A DNA stretch of 64,000 nt from the human T2T-CHM13v2.0 reference genome, Homo sapiens. The DNA is taken from the NCBI RefSeq assembly GCF_009914755.1, contig NC_060927.1. The stretch is one strand, 5' to 3'. A program made the position numbers and the translations under genes. Of this stretch, positions 45,660 through 58,253 are shown piece after piece; the stretch's first letter is position 1, and each line of letters begins with the position of its first letter. The notes beneath the pieces are model-generated. The model did not search any database. It was given only the letters and a program-made list of their open reading frames with translations, and was not told the DNA's origin.

Positions 45660-46391
45660 AAGAATATTTTCTGGGTTAACATACTTTTTCTATGAGATGC
45701 ATCCTTACAGACCGATAACTCAAGCTGATGCTTTATAAATTTTTTGGAAATTCTCAGTAAGTTTTACTATGGTCGCCCTTTCCACATAAAATTTAAGGCC
45801 TAAGATCCCAGTTATTTATGGCATTTGCTCCATTAAAAAAGACAGGAGGGAGGTGTCTGTACATTAAAATTGCTAGGCTAGCAAGTGGCCTAGATGGTTC
45901 AAGGTTATATTTCCCTTCTAGGTTTATGGAGAAGTAAATTATCCAAAGCACATGGAAGAATCCTCAAGCCTGCAAATACTATGACATAAGTGTAAGTGTA
46001 AGAAATGTTCCCAAGAAAATTATTCTTATGGATTATGATTAATAGAGATCTGTAAGGCAGTTGTGAGATTTGTCAGGGGACTCCTCATTTTTCACCGCAA
46101 CAGAAAACTCTGTTTGTGCCTCATGGTATTTAATATTTGAAGACACTGTTGTGGGAAAGGTGGTGGCTACCTCAGTGCTGTTCATTACTTGGTGACTAAG
46201 CTTAGTGGCAATACAGTGAGGTGAAGCATCATCAGTGGTAACGAAGTTGTGAGTGTAGCAGATGCTGGGGTGGGGGTGCTCAGTGGGAAAGAAGTTGTTG
46301 GTGTAGCAGAAGCTGGGGTAGGAGTGCTCAGTCTTGGAGATGGTTTGAAATGGATGCTCAGGGTTAATGCTGCAGATCTTCTCAAGAAACT
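45660..46391 (-). pseudogene. Candidate decayed coding exon with a 117-codon open portion (46391-46039); tentative resemblance to C12orf42
   Basis: ttttctgacAG acceptor; stop-free frame EFLEKICSINPEHPFQT...NCLTDLY*; in-frame 48-bp repeat; homology judged only from memory. Confidence 0.4.
46232..46332. repeat. Two imperfect 48-bp tandem units
   Basis: tcagtgg..a.gaagttgt..gtgtagcaga.gctggggt.gg.gtgc at 46232 and 46280. Confidence 0.9.
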
Positions 46392-47360
46392 CTGTCAGAA
46401 AATGTTACCCATGAAAATGTGTCTTGACCTTTGGCCTGCTATTCACCTCCCTCCCCAGCTTCTGTCATCTACAATTTGGAATTAGCTTTTAGTCTCTGAT
46501 TTATTATTCTCAACCATACTTGTACTTGGCATCTTCTTTTAATTAACTTATAGGTGACTTTAGCCCACGTTCTGCTTTTTCTCTCACCATATGCCAGGTT
46601 CTGAGAAGCCAGCATATCACAGCCTTTGAGAGCTTTGTCATTGAATTAGCCCCTACTTGGGTTTGACTGACCTCAGCCTTGGCTTTTGTTAATTTTATTA
46701 TCTTGGGAAAACTATTTATCCTCTCTCAGCATCTTTTCGTATTACTTGAAAAGTGGTTTTAATAAATGTGCTTGCTCAAAGGGTTGTTATGGAAGTTAAA
46801 AAAAAGTGCTAAAAACAGCCTTTACTTTTGCTGTTGTTAATTCTCTTATGTATATAATATTGGCCCATTTCCTGTTTTTAATTTTGCTCTTCTAACCCTG
46901 CCTTATCAACTTGAAGGACTCATAGCCTGTTTTCCTGCTATTTGCTCAAGATGGAACAGGTGTAATAACAATGCACGAGTGCAGAGATACTATTCAATAT
47001 TTGCTAGACTCTTGTAAGGATCTATAGAACAACACTTTTGTAGAAGAAAGGGATGATAGAAATGAAAACCTCTGGGAGAACTCAAGTATTTAAAAAAATA
47101 TTTGAAGTAGTCTCATCATACACAGAAGATGGATGGTGTGAACTGCTCTTCTACGTACTTTGGGATGGCAAAGATCCTATTTGTCATGCTAATTTTAGTA
47201 TCTTCAGAACTTCATGCCCTTTGCATAGAATATGCTCAATAAATATTTGCTGAATGAAAGAACAGGTTGTACATATGCTGGAAGCATTGTCCCAATATCA
47301 GCAGTGTTTTCTGAGAAAATGGCTCTGCAGGCTCCAATTTATTTGTCCTTTTTTTCCTTC

Positions 47361-47741
47361 TGATATGGTTTGGCTGTGTCCCCACCCAAAAATCTCATCT
47401 TGAATTGTAATCCCCATAATCCTCATAATCCCCATGTGTCAAGGGAGAGACCAGGTGGGGGTAATTGAATCATGGGGGTGGTTTCCTCCATGCTGTTCTC
47501 ATGATAGTGAGTTCTCAGGAGATCTGATGGTCTTATGTGTTCGGTAGTTCCTCCTGCATTCATTCTCCTTCCTGCTGCCATGTGAAAAAGGTGCCTTGCT
47601 TCCCCTTTGCCTTCCACCATGATTGTAAGTTTCCTGAGGCCTTTCCAGCCATGCAGAACGGTGAGTCAATTAAACCTCTTTTCTTTATAAATTACCCAGT
47701 CCCAGCAGTTCTTTATAGCAGTGTAAGAATGGATGGATACT
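47361..47741 (+). mobile_element. THE1D-like solo LTR
   Basis: tgatatggtttgg...gaatggatggatac; TSD ccttc. Confidence 0.9.
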
Positions 47742-47820
47742 CCTTCCTTCCTTCCTTCCTTCTTCCCTTCCTTCCTTCCTCCCTTCCTCCTTCTCTCCCT
47801 CCCTCCCTTCCTTCCTCCTT
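47742..47820 (+). repeat. (CCTT)n/(CCCT)n polypyrimidine microsatellite
   Basis: Direct observation. Confidence 0.9.
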
Positions 47821-48074
47821 TTCGCTCCTATTTAGTCTCATATTTTCTTCTTTCTGAAACAGCTTAATATAGTGTGAGATGTTTGAATTCTTAAGTACTC
47901 TGTTGTTCTCACAGAGATTTCATCAAACATAGCATCCCAGTTTTCACATTAGTGCAGAAAATTACAACAAATTTTGATATATTTTTATATATTTGTTGCT
48001 GCTATTATCATTATCATCATCATTGTGACTATACCAGTGTTAAAACCAGGGACTTGAGATTAAGTTCTACCTCT

Positions 48075-48219
48075 TTTGTTACTTATGTTTGGTCCATCAA
48101 TCAGCAGCATCACCTGGGACCTTATTAGAAATGCAGAATCTCAGAACTTACTCAAGACTTCATAATTTAACAAGGCCCTCCAAGTGATTTACATGCTCAC
48201 TAAAGTGTGAAAAGCCCTG
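48075..48219. mobile_element. MER5A hAT MITE fragment
   Basis: agcatcacctgggaccttattagaaatgcagaatctc...tttaacaag...ctaaagtgtgaaaagccctg. Confidence 0.8.
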
Positions 48220-48286
48220 GTCTAGATCAAGCAACAGGTAGAAGGGAAGGTAATCAATGCAGGGTGGAGGTTAAATAGTTTTAGTC

Positions 48287-51200
48287 TGTGTGCTGATGCC
48301 ACAAGGCCGAAAGAGTTTTCCTAGACAAGGCTTTATTGGAGTTTATGTCCCAGCATAAGGGAGGCAGAATGAGAGAGAGAGAGAGAGAAAGAGAGAAATT
48401 CTCTGGTGACCCCTCAGAGGGAATTGAAAAGGAAGTTTTAAAGGGTTATGGCAGAAAGGAAGTAATGTTTAGGTAGGTAGAGGTGGGGAAATAGTGGCAC
48501 CTGTGCGCTTTAATAATATGCTTCTTCATGCATCACATGTTCCATTAGCACATTAAATTTACACCCCTCGATCATCATGGTGGACAGGAGGCAGAACTAG
48601 ATTGTAGCTCCAACTCAGACAGAGCAGCGTGTAAAGGCTTGGATCATGAATTTTAGCTCCAGGATGACTGCAAGAGCAAACCAGGAATCCCGAGAGGACC
48701 CACAGACTCTGTGAAGGAAGCAGACTGCTCCTGCAGGACCCAAGAGACATCCCAGACTCTGCTCCCAAACACACAGCCCCACTGGAGAAACTGAAAGTCT
48801 AGTTTGCTGGAGGAATTTCTGACCTTACCTGGATCTGAGTTGATTTAGAGAGCCGAGCAAAATATAGGGGTAGAGGAAGCAGTGGGAAAGGTCCTGGAAG
48901 CTTGCTGGGTCCCCAAGCACGTGTTCTTGCCTGGCATCACAGGGATCTGGGTGGGGCAGCCAGTGGTGTGAGGAAAATGCCACAGGGAGAAGGAAGTCTC
49001 CAGCTGAATTTAGTAACAATTTGAACCAGGTGAGAAGCCTCCTGGCAAGAACTCCAGGGAGGGTGTGAATCTGGTGTGCAGACTCCACAGGCGGGGGGAA
49101 AAAACCAAAGCCCCTTTCTTTTGCAGTTGGGAGGGGGTAGCCTGGGGCAAGTTCTCAAGTCCTGCTTGCCCACTGCCTGGAAACAGACTCAGTGCTTTTA
49201 GGGGAGACATGGTGGGAGGGAGACTGGCCCTTTGGATTGCATGGGAGCTGGGTGAGGCCTGTGACTGCTGGTTTTTCCCCACTTCCTTGACAACCTGCAT
49301 GACTCAGTAGAGGCAGCCATTATCCTTCTAGGTACACAAATTCATTGTCCTGGGAACCTCATCCCCATCCCCCACAGCAGCCATGGCAAGATCCACCCAA
49401 GGAGAGTCTGAGCTCAGACACACCTAGCCCTGCCCCCGCCTGATAGGCCTTCCCTACCCACCAACATAGCTGAAGACAAAAGGCATATACTTTTGGGAGT
49501 TCTAGGGCCCTGCCCACCACCAGTTTATCTCCATACTACCACAACTGATTATTTCCATAAAGCACCACCTCTTGGCAGGAGGCCAGGCAGCACAAAAATA
49601 GAACATTAAACGACCAAAGCTAAGAACCCTCAGAGAGTCCATTTCCACCTGCCTGCCACCTCCACTTAAAGTAAAGGGGTGGAAAAAGGCATTTCATGCA
49701 AATGAACACCAAAAGCGAGCAGGAGTAACAATTCTTATATTAGAAAAAACAAACTTTAAACCAACAGCAGCAGTTGAAAGAGACAAAGAAGGACATTATA
49801 TAATGGTAAAAGGCCTTGGTCCAACAGAAAAATATCACAATACTAAACATATATGCACCTATTACTGGAACTCCCAAATTTATAAAACAGTTACTAATAG
49901 ACCTAAGAAATGAGATAGACAGCAACACAATAATGGGGGGCACTTCAATACTCCACTGACTGAACTACGCAGGTCATCAAGACAGAAAGTCAACAAAGAA
50001 AAAATGGATTTTAGCTATACCTTGGAACAAATGGACTTAACAGATATATAAAGAACATTTCATACAACAATCAAAGAATGCACATTCTTTTCAACAGTGC
50101 ATGGAACTTTCTCAAAGATAGAGCATGTAATAGGCCACAAAATGAACCTCACAAAATTTGAGAAAATTGAAATTATATCGAACACTCTCTCAGACCACAG
50201 TGGAATAAAATTGGAAATCAACTCCAAAAGGAACCTTCAAAACCATGCAAATACATGGAAATTAAATAACCTGCTCCTGAATGATCACTGGGTCAAAAAC
50301 GAAATCAAGATGGAAATTAAAAAATTCTTTGAACTGAATGACAATAATGATACAACCTATCAAAGCCTCTGGGATACAGCAAAGGCAGTGCTGAGAGGAA
50401 AGTTCATAGTTGTAAACACCTACATCAAAAAGACTGAAAGAGCACAAGATTACATTCTAAGGTTAACACCTCAAGGAGCTAGAGAAAAAAGAACAAACCA
50501 AATCCAAACCCAGCAGAAGAACGGAAATAGCATGATCAAAGCAGAACTAAAGGAAATTGAAACAAAATACAATACAAAAGATAAATGAAACAAAAGGCTA
50601 CATAAAAGATACATAAAATTGATAGATCATTAGCAAGATTAACCAAGAAAAGAGGGAAAATTCAAACAACCTCATTAAGAAATGAAACAGGAGATATTAC
50701 AACTGACATCAAAGAAATACAAAAGATCATTCAAAGCTACTATGAACCACTTTACCTGCATAAACTAGAAAACCTAGAAGAGGTTGATAAATTCCTGGAA
50801 ATACACAACCCTCCCAGCTTAAGCAGGAATAATTAGATATCCTGAACAGACCAATAACAAGAAGTGAGATTAAAATGGTAATTAAAAAATTACCAACCAA
50901 AACAAAAAAATCCAGGACCAAATGGATTCACAGCAGAATTATACCAAAAATTCAAAGACGAACTGGTGCCAATCTTATTGACACTATTCCGCAAGATGGA
51001 GAAAGAGGGAACCCTTCTAAATCATTCTATGAAGCCAGTATGATCCTAATAACAAAATCAGAAAAGGACATAACAAAAAAAGAAATCTACAGACCAATAT
51101 CCCTGATGAACATAGCTGCTAAAATCCTTAACAGAATACTAGCTAACCAAATCCAACAGCATATCAAAAAGATAATTCATGATTATCAAGTGGGTTTCAT

Positions 51201-53889
51201 TCCATGGATGCAAGGATAGTTTTATAATAAATGTGATACACCACATAAACAGAATTAAAAACAAAAATCACATGATCATCTCAATAGATGCAGAAAAAGC
51301 ATTCAACAAAATCCAGCATCCTTCTATGATTAAAACTCTCAGCAGAATCGGCATACAAGGGACATACCTCAATGTAATAAAAGCCATGTATGCCAAACCC
51401 ACAGCTAACATGATACTGAATGGGGAAAAGTTGAAAGCATTCACTGTGAGAACTGGAATAAGACAAGGATGCCCACTCACACCGCTTCTCTTCAACACAG
51501 TACTGGAAGTCCTAGCCAGATCAATCAGATGATAGAAGGAAATAAAGGGGATCCAAATCAGTAAAGAGGAAGTCAAACTGTCACTGTTTCCTGATGATAT
51601 TATAATTTACTTAAAAAATCGTAAAGACTCCAGACAGCTTCTAGAACTGATAAAAGAATTCAGCAAAGTTTCCAGTTACAGGATTAATATATACAAATAA
51701 GTAGCTCTTCTATGCATCAATAGGGACCAAGGGGGAAAATCAAATCAAGAACTCAACCCCTTTTACAATAGCTGCAAAAAAATAATAAAATACTTAGGAA
51801 TTAACTACCCAAGGAGGCAAAAGACATCTACAAGAAAAACTAGAAAACACTGCTGAAAGAAATCGTAGATGACACAAACAGATGGAAACACATCCCATGC
51901 TCATGGATGGGTAGAATCAATGTTGTAAAAATGACCATACTACCAAAAGTAATCTACAAATTCAATGCAATTCCCATAAAAATACCACCATCATTCTTTA
52001 CAGAATTAGATAAAAACATTTCTAAATTTCATATGGAACCAAAAAAGAGCCTGCATAGCCAAAGTAAGACTAAGCAAAAAGAACACATCTGGAGGCATCA
52101 CACTACCTGATTTCAAACTATACTGTAAGGCCGTAGTCACCAAAACAGCATGGTACTGGTATCAAAGTAGGCACATAGACCCATGGAACAGAATAGAGAA
52201 CCCAGAAATAAACCCAAATACAGCTAACTGATCTTTGACAAAGCAATCAAAAACATAAAGTGGGGAAAGAACACCCTTTTCAACAAATGGTACCGGAATA
52301 ATTGGCTAGCCACATGTAGGAGAATGAAACTGGATCCTCATCTCTCAATTTATACAAAAATAAACTCAAGATGAATTAAACCTAAGACCTGAAACTTTGG
52401 AATTTCTGGAACATAACATTGGAAAAACCCTTCTAGACATTGGCTTAGGCAAGGATTTCATGACCAAGAACCCCAAAGCAAATGCAAAAAAAAACCAATT
52501 GTAAATAGCTGGGACTTAATAAACTAAAAAGCTTTTGCATGGCAAAAGGAACAGTCTACAGATTAAACAGACAACCCACAGAGTGGGAGAAAATCTTCAC
52601 AATCTATACATCTGACAAAGGACTAATATCCAGAATCTACAACAAACTCAAGCAAATCAGTAAGAAAAATCAGTGCCATCAAAAAGTGTGCTAAGGACAT
52701 GAATAGACAATTCTCAAAAGAAGATATGTGAAAGGCCAACAAACAAATGAAAAAATGCTCAACATCCCTAATGATCAGGGAAATAAAAATCAAAACCACA
52801 ATGTGATACCACCTGCATTCTTACTCCTGCAAGAATGGCCATCCATAATCAAAAAATAAAACAGTAGATGTTGGCATGATGTGGTGATCGGGGAATTCCT
52901 TCTACACTGCTGGTGGGAATGTATACTAGTATAGCCACTATGGGAAACAGTGTGGAGATTCGGTAAAGAACTAAAAGTAGATCTACCACTTGATCCAGCA
53001 ATCCCACTATTAGGTATCTACCCAGAGGAAAAGAAATCATTATAAGAAAAAGATACTTGCACAAGCATGTTTATAGCAGCACAATTCACAATTGCAAAAT
53101 TGTGGAACCAACCCAAATGCCCATAAATCGAGTGGATAAACTGTGATTGATACATATATATATAGATATATATATATATAGATATATATATACACACACC
53201 ATGAAATACTACTCAGCCATAACAAGAAATGATTTAATGGCATTTGCAGCCACCTCGATGAGATTGGAGACTGTTATTCTAAGCAAAGTAACTCAGGAAT
53301 GAAAAACTAAACATCGTATGTTCTCATTGATATGTTGGAGCTAAGCTATGAGGACGCAAAGGCATAAGAATGATACAATGGACTTTGGGAACGTGGGCGG
53401 AAGCGTGGGAGGGGACAAGGGATAAAAGACTACAACCAGGGTGCAGTGTATACTGCTTGTGTGATGGGTGGACCAAAATCTCACAAATCACCACTAAAGA
53501 ACTTACTGATGTAACCAAACACCACCTGTATCCCAATAAACTATGGAGAAAAATTCCAAAAAATAAATACGTAAATTTCCACCCCTGGGTGTGACTTTTA
53601 ATATTACAATGAAGCTAGGGTTTAGGATCAGTTACTCTCGTGGTCTTGTGCACATGCAGGAGATAGGGTAACTCCTTTGAGTAAGATTTATGGTGGGAGC
53701 TGCTTATTTTAGCTTCCTCAAGGTCCTGCAACCAGTGGGTATGGTGCTTTGAGCAAGAGGGTACATGGTCTGGAGGGATTGGTTGGGGTCCCTGCCGGCC
53801 ACACCCAAAGCCCAGCTTGCAGTAGAAGTCCTTGGTGGGACATGGGAGGTGGGGGTGTGGAGACTGGGTCCCATCCCTAATCTGTCTCA
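48287..53889 (-). mobile_element. ERV1-type solo LTR (family uncertain) split by L1PB1 into 48287-48568 and 53572-53889
   Basis: Minus strand begins TGAGACAGATTAGGGATGGG; AATAAA near 48333; the halves join across the L1 TSD; left boundary approximate. Confidence 0.6.
48569..53571 (+). mobile_element. L1PB1-like LINE-1 retaining its 5' end but lacking ORF1
   Basis: L1PBa-type 5'UTR joined to the ORF2 endonuclease region at about 49665; L1PB1 3'UTR; TSD taaatttacacccct (48554-48568) / taaatttccacccct (53572-53586). Confidence 0.92.
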
Positions 53890-56800
53890 CTGGCATTGAT
53901 TCATTTTCAAGGGCTGGCAGGAGCTGGCTAAAGGGATAGTTTGCCTTGGTTTTCCTGCAGGGAGAGGAATACCACAGATAATGTCAGATCTTAGAATAAT
54001 TATTTAGCTGTCTGTTCAAATCTCTTGCTTATGCTTGCTTAAGAAGAAAATAAAAGGTTCTCATAATTGGAATCCTAGAGAAGGGGCCAGACATCATACT
54101 CTGTAGTACTCCCACTATCACCAGTTTTAAGACATGATTTGATCTCTTGCCAAAATGAAGGTCATAGACTATTGATTACCAACCATTCTTGAGAATAAAT
54201 TTACTTTGTTAATTCTCTCCACCTTTTTTATTCTGAACTTTGCTAGGGAATTCATCACTGAAAAAGATGTCACTACTGTAGCAAGATCATCTTTACCACT
54301 GCAAAACATATTCCTGCCAGAAACAAAAAATGCAGCACTTAATTAAAGAATAAAGAAAGTCACCAAAATATTAGCATTGAACTGTAGCCTCTCACTGTCC
54401 TTTTTATATAAGGATCGCACCAGAGGAAAATTAACAACAAGAGACAATCTGAATCTTTCTTTTTCCCTTGTCCTCTGATTGAGGAATGACATTGTTCAGC
54501 AAATTAAACAGGTAAACAAGATTTTAAGGAGAATGTTTAAATTCCTTAATAGAACAAATTGTTTTTTAACACCCTTAAGCAGCTGTTAGAATCATCAATT
54601 TACATACAAGTAATGAATATGCTAATTGCAAATCTTTCTTCTCTAGTCATTAAAATAAGTCTCTTTTGGGACTTCTAAAAGCTTGTTGTTTTTCTGGTTG
54701 TAGTTACAATATATACCTGAATGCATTCATTTAAAAATCCTTACAACGTATATATTTTTGCTAATTGAAGTAGGTCTTCCCTCGCCATGTAGTTGAGTTT
54801 GTGAGATTCTACTACATGTAAACGTGTACAAACTTGCAAATAAATTTTAAACTTTATTATTCTGCAAATAATTTAACCAGTCTATGAATTTCTCACTAAT
54901 CTTTCCACCTTTATCTGGTTTAACCTAGTTACGATGTATTCTGTGGAAGTGAATATTAGGAGCCCAGAGAATTATGATATTATTGCTTTGGGTCATAATT
55001 TCAATTGTTGCTGATATTCCTATACTTTCAGGGTATAACTTATTTTAAGTGTAACCAATTGCTTTTGGATCCTGAGCTTGTGGGACTTATTAATCTGCAT
55101 GAATAATTTGCATTAATGTGAATGGGAATATAATTATTCCTGAATTGTTCATTACTTATAGATGTTAATCTGAGTACAATTGCTTCCTTGAAAATATCAA
55201 ACATAGTATTTATTTTATTTTGTACATGTGACAGTTTGTATACTTAAGTATAACAATTAACATTAACCCAGGAAAACTTGAGGGAGCAATGGCATAGATG
55301 TTAACAGGTACCTGTGGTAAGATGGTTATCTCAATTAGGTACTGAGTTTGACTGGTAAACTCAAAGTGGTTAAAGAAATAATAAGAAGTCATCTTGTATT
55401 ACAGGATCCTATTATTGCCCATTTTCAATCCCTGGTTTAGAACTTCGAGTAGTTTATATTTTAAGAAACTTAACCTGGATTGACTATTAAAATTCAACTA
55501 AGAATACTACCAGGTAAGCACAGTGACAAGACTCAGCTGTGACTGAAACATGGATATTGAATAATTTGGAAGAAACTGATTTTTGGAAAGAACTCAAAGC
55601 AATAATAAGATGTTACCCATTTATGTGTAAAATCTAATCATGTATTTATAATTCCAAAATGAATTTTTATATGATTAATAAATAATAGACTGATTTTAAA
55701 AGATGTAAGAATACAAAACAGAAGAAATCCTAAAATTATTTTTTGCTTTATATATATTAAAATTTTTCTCCAAAATGGACTCAAAATTTACTCAAGCACC
55801 TTGCAATTCTGTTAATGAGCTCTCCTGCCACTTTTGTGGTCAGGATTAGAGAAGTTTCTACTGAGTTTCAATTTTCCCCTAACCAGTTAAGTATCTTTTA
55901 TAGAGAGTGGGCTAACCATAACTTTCTTTGACTCCTCATCAACTTGTAATCTGGAGATTGATATTTTTTAACTAACATTCTTTGCCATTTTCTTTACAGC
56001 TCTAAGTTCCCATTTCTCTAGGATTTTCTACCATCCCTCTTTATTTAGAAAATAAACTGGCTTTCAGAGTTGTCTTAAGTATCAAGCAACTAGAGCTATT
56101 TTAGTAACAAGTCATACTCTCTTAATTCATCCTTAAAAGCCCCTTCCCTCCTCGCTTCCCTTACTTTCCTTTGTAAACCTTTACATATGTAGTTCACAAT
56201 TACATACATGTTTATTGAATTGAAAATGAGAAAGTAACATTTTATAACCTGGAAACGTGTTGCATAATATTCATCTGTAAATAAACCTTGAAATTAAGCT
56301 TAAAGATGGATTTATCCTCTAGATACCAATAGAAAGTATGTTGAGTAAAATACTGGGTAATATCTTCATTTACAAATGTGTGAAAGATGCTCAAATGTTG
56401 CTCAAACAACTGAATGTTCTAGTGACCTTATAAGAACATAGATAATAGCATTAAATGTCACCCCAGTAAAAATGTTTTAGGTGCTGTTGATGTTCTAATT
56501 TAACATAAGAATGAGACTTTAAAAATCTACAGCAACCCAGAAGAATAAAGTACATGTCTTAAACAAGCATTTAGCAGGTTGTATTTAGATAATAATTTTT
56601 CTAATAACTCTCTATAGAGCCAAAATCAGAGTATTTAATAAATTTTTGAACTTCTTCCAAATTATTAACAGAGAAGAATGATGTTGCTAATAACATAGAA
56701 TCAGAATATACCTATATGCATGGATACATATATATGCAATGTGGATATAAATATACATAAACCCTGATATGGTATTTAAATGTGTACTCTTATCAGAATT

Positions 56801-57544
56801 AATATCTCCTTATCAGAATTAATGTGATAGACAGTGTACTTTCTTGCAACTAAAAATGAGGGGAAAATAAGGAGAGGAAATATTAAATTCTCCTGGCAAG
56901 CTGAGATTAATAATGGGGCCTTAAGAAGAACAGAAAGATATGTTCAAGAAAGCAGCATGAAATCTAACTAACCTAGAATTTGATTGCTGATGGCATATCT
57001 TTTGTAATTTTATGTCCCCCATCTCCACCTTCAAAATAGACCCCTACAACTATTTTAGTCTCAGTGTTGTTCAAGTCAGCCAGAACACTCTATGATGCCT
57101 TTTGACATGACAGATATTTTTCCTATTCCTTCTCTTCGGGTGTCATAAATACGGCAAGCTATTATGAATCTTAAGGTGAAAACAGAATATCCATACAAAG
57201 TGAGCATTTTTTACCCCAGGGGATTATTGATTTGTGCAGTGACTTTTGTCCTTGGCAAATTTCAATTTTCAATGGTGTGCAGTTTTGTAGGTATAAGCCA
57301 AACCCCTAGGCCTTTGTTTAATTAATACATACTTTATTGGGAAGCTTGTCTTTCTCCATATAACTTTGCTGTAAACAAAATGAGATTTTGAAAAAAAGAA
57401 TATACAAAAATGATGGGCTAATGTCAAGGTCAAACTACCTTTTGGTTAGCCTTACAGATTAGTTTTTATTAAAGTTGGAAACCAAATTTTTTTTATGCAT
57501 GGTCACACAACATTCTAAAGCAAGATTTCTCAATCTTGTTACTG

Positions 57545-58147
57545 CAGATGGTCCCCGACTTACAATGGTACAGCTGTTTTTTTTCTTTTTTTTTTTTGAG
57601 AAGGGGTAGGGCTCACTGCAACCTCCGCCTCCTGGGTCCAAGTGATTCTCTTGCCTCAGCCTCTCGAGTAGTTGGTATTACAGGCACGTGCCACCACGTC
57701 TGGCTAATTTTTGTATTTTTAGTAGAGACGGGGTTTCTCCATGTTGGCTAGGCTGGTCTCAAACTCCTGGCCTCAAGTGATCTGCCCACCTCGGTCTCCC
57801 ACGCCTACCACACCGGGCCACTACGGTACATCTTACCATGATATTTTGACTTTACAATGGCACTGGAAACTGTATTTGAGTACCCACAGAGCCATTCTTT
57901 TTTACACTTTCAGTGCAATAGTCAATAAATTACATGAGTTATTCAACACTTTATTATAAGATAGTCTTTTTGTTATGTGATTTTTCCCAACTGTAGGGTA
58001 ATGTGTTTTGAGCATGTTTATGGGAGGCTAGGATAAGCTACAATGTTCTCTAGGTTAGATGTATTAAATGCATTTTCAACTTACAATATTTTAAATTTAT
58101 GATGGTGTTATCAGGATGTAACCCCATTGTAAATCGAGGAGCATCAG
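57545..58147. mobile_element. MER47A/Tigger5-like TcMar MITE containing an Alu
   Basis: TIRs cagatggtccccgacttacaatgg / ccattgtaaatcgaggagcatcag; TA on the right flank. Confidence 0.8.
57577..57819 (-). mobile_element. AluS with two internal deletions
   Basis: T tail and Alu body; degenerate TSD acaatggtacagct / actacggtacatct. Confidence 0.88.
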
Positions 58148-58211
58148 TATTGACATTTTGGGTTGATTTTTTTTTTTTTAAACTGTGGGGAACTGTCTAT
58201 GCATCATAGGG

Positions 58212-58214
58212 TAT

Positions 58215-58249
<35 letters not shown>

Positions 58250-58253
58250 TTTT
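58212..58253 (-). repeat. (AAAT)n tail attached to the HERV-H R region
   Basis: (tatt)n directly abuts tgagcaataaagc. Confidence 0.92.

Larger units (their letters stand above)
57521..58216. mobile_element. MER20 half, split by MER47A and cut by the HERV-H tail
   Basis: caagatttctcaatcttgttac (57521) resumes as tattgacattttggg...ctgtctatgcatcatagggtattt (58148-58216). Confidence 0.75.

Noticed and set aside
46185-46385. Mucin-like STPTPASAT repeat ORF in the track
   Set aside because: It is an alternative frame over the same 48-bp repeat, starts at TTG, and is shorter than the acceptor-linked frame.
48252-53900. 9-bp inverted repeat aatcaatgc / gcattgatt around the split LTR
   Set aside because: Short, no TSD, and compatible with chance.
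55210-55392. 60-aa ATG ORF with a CAG|GTACCT donor and a 7-bp hairpin
   Set aside because: The donor phase does not fit the 54313 acceptor, and the hairpin is too short to be meaningful.
55403-55520. + strand acceptor/donor pair (tattacAG ... CAG|GTAAGC)
   Set aside because: It could be a lncRNA exon, but no other support is visible and such pairs arise by chance.
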